NCBI GenBank assembly: GCA_964571245.1
Contig: CAZNAT010000008.1
Span: 7,008 to 71,007, forward strand
From: an uncultured Methylobacterium sp.
GTDB lineage: Bacteria > Pseudomonadota > Alphaproteobacteria > Rhizobiales > Beijerinckiaceae
Direction: 5' to 3'
Length of the DNA stretch: 64,000 nucleotides
The translations under genes and the position numbers were made by a program. This document shows, piece after piece, positions 63,326 to 64,000 of this stretch; position 1 is the stretch's first letter, and every line of letters begins with the position of its first letter. The notes beneath the pieces are model-generated. The model did no database searches and was not told where the DNA came from. It worked only from the letters and a program-made list of their open reading frames with translations.

Positions 63326-63892
63326 TCAGCGCACCACGAACCGGGTCCGGGGCGTCAGTTTGGCGAGAACAACGGCCACAAACCGCTTTTCCACCGCAAT
63401 GCAGCCTGCGGTCGGCCCGCGATTTTCGCGGGTCAGATGGAAGAAGATCGCGCTGCCCTTGCCCTGCTGCCGTGGCCGGCGGTTCCAGTCGAATTCGAGC
63501 ACGACATCGTAGAGGTTGTCCTGCCGCATCATGTCCTCGTGGCTGGCGGCGTAGGGTTTTTTGACCATCCGGTTGTAGTTTCGGTCCCCTGGCACCTCGC
63601 ACCAGCCATCGCCAGCGCGGATGGGGCGCAACGGGATGCCGGTCATCGGCGGCAATTGCCGGTCGCGCCGCCAGAAGCCGCGGACGATGCGGAGCGTACC
63701 GGCCGGTGTCGCGCCATCGCCCTCCCGCTTGGCGTGGATCACGCCGGATCGCCCGATGCGACAGGGGATCGAGACCATGCCGAACCGGAGCCGCCCGTGG
63801 TGCGGGACGCGACCCGACGCGGTGAAGCCCGTCCTGTCGACGAAGGTCGCTGTAATGCTCCTGCGCATCGATTCTTCCCTATCCTGCATCAA
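63326..63892 (-). CDS. L,D-transpeptidase catalytic-domain (YkuD-like) protein
   Basis: FFHLTRENRGPTAGCIAV fits the H-x(n)-[ST]-x-G-C active-site pattern. No obvious signal peptide. Start uncertain. Confidence 0.65.
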   Translation of the reverse strand: MMQDREESMRRSITATFVDRTGFTASGRVPHHGRLRFGMVSIPCRIGRSGVIHAKREGDGATPAGTLRIVRGFWRRDRQLPPMTGIPLRPIRAGDGWCEVPGDRNYNRMVKKPYAASHEDMMRQDNLYDVVLEFDWNRRPRQQGKGSAIFFHLTRENRGPTAGCIAVEKRFVAVVLAKLTPRTRFVVR

Positions 63893-64000
63893 GCCGGTCG
63901 CACAACTTTGTGAGATCCGGCGTCAAAGTCTTTAAAACCCGGTTCGAGCTTGCCATTTTTGCACGATTCGGCACAACCTGTCGGCTGCCATGGTGCATGC

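Overview
Visibly GC-rich alphaproteobacterial chromosome segment with Rhizobiales-type gene order. It is almost entirely conserved housekeeping genes and spans the chromosomal replication origin. From left to right: a pcaC-like fragment; a PcaQ-like LysR regulator; a urate-catabolism pair (uraH and a puuE-uraD fusion); pgi; the pnp-rpsO-truB-rbfA-infB-nusA-rimP block; trmB; metK; an XRE regulator; lnt-corC-ybeY-phoH-miaB; plsC; fur; rimI; tsaB; a Nfu-like gene; usp; trpS; murJ; hslUV; hisB-DUF2628-hisHAFE-coaA; a PfkB kinase; smr; mltA; a Tim44-like gene; fxsA; secB; dnaQ-coaE-aroE-maf and a PSRP-like gene; a 449-bp AT-rich gap that I call oriC; hemE-hemJ; rho; mnmE-mnmG-rsmG-parA-parB; holA-lptE-leuS; yggS; and an L,D-transpeptidase-like gene. 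I found no rRNA, tRNA, CRISPR array, transposase, integrase, prophage or defence/toxin island. I do not see a convincing new multi-gene system here. The points most worth a second look are non-coding: (1) the hemE-linked origin, with DnaA boxes and an A-tract unwinding-type element; (2) two perfect parS palindromes near parAB, one of them inside rsmG; (3) a family of palindromic repeats about 50 or 105 bp long, with five copies, all at gene 3' ends and three overlapping stop codons; (4) an SD-sequestering helix in a long metK leader that could be riboswitch-like. CDS starts were re-picked from homology and SD spacing wherever the ORF track gave long high-GC N-terminal extensions. These starts are the least certain coordinates.
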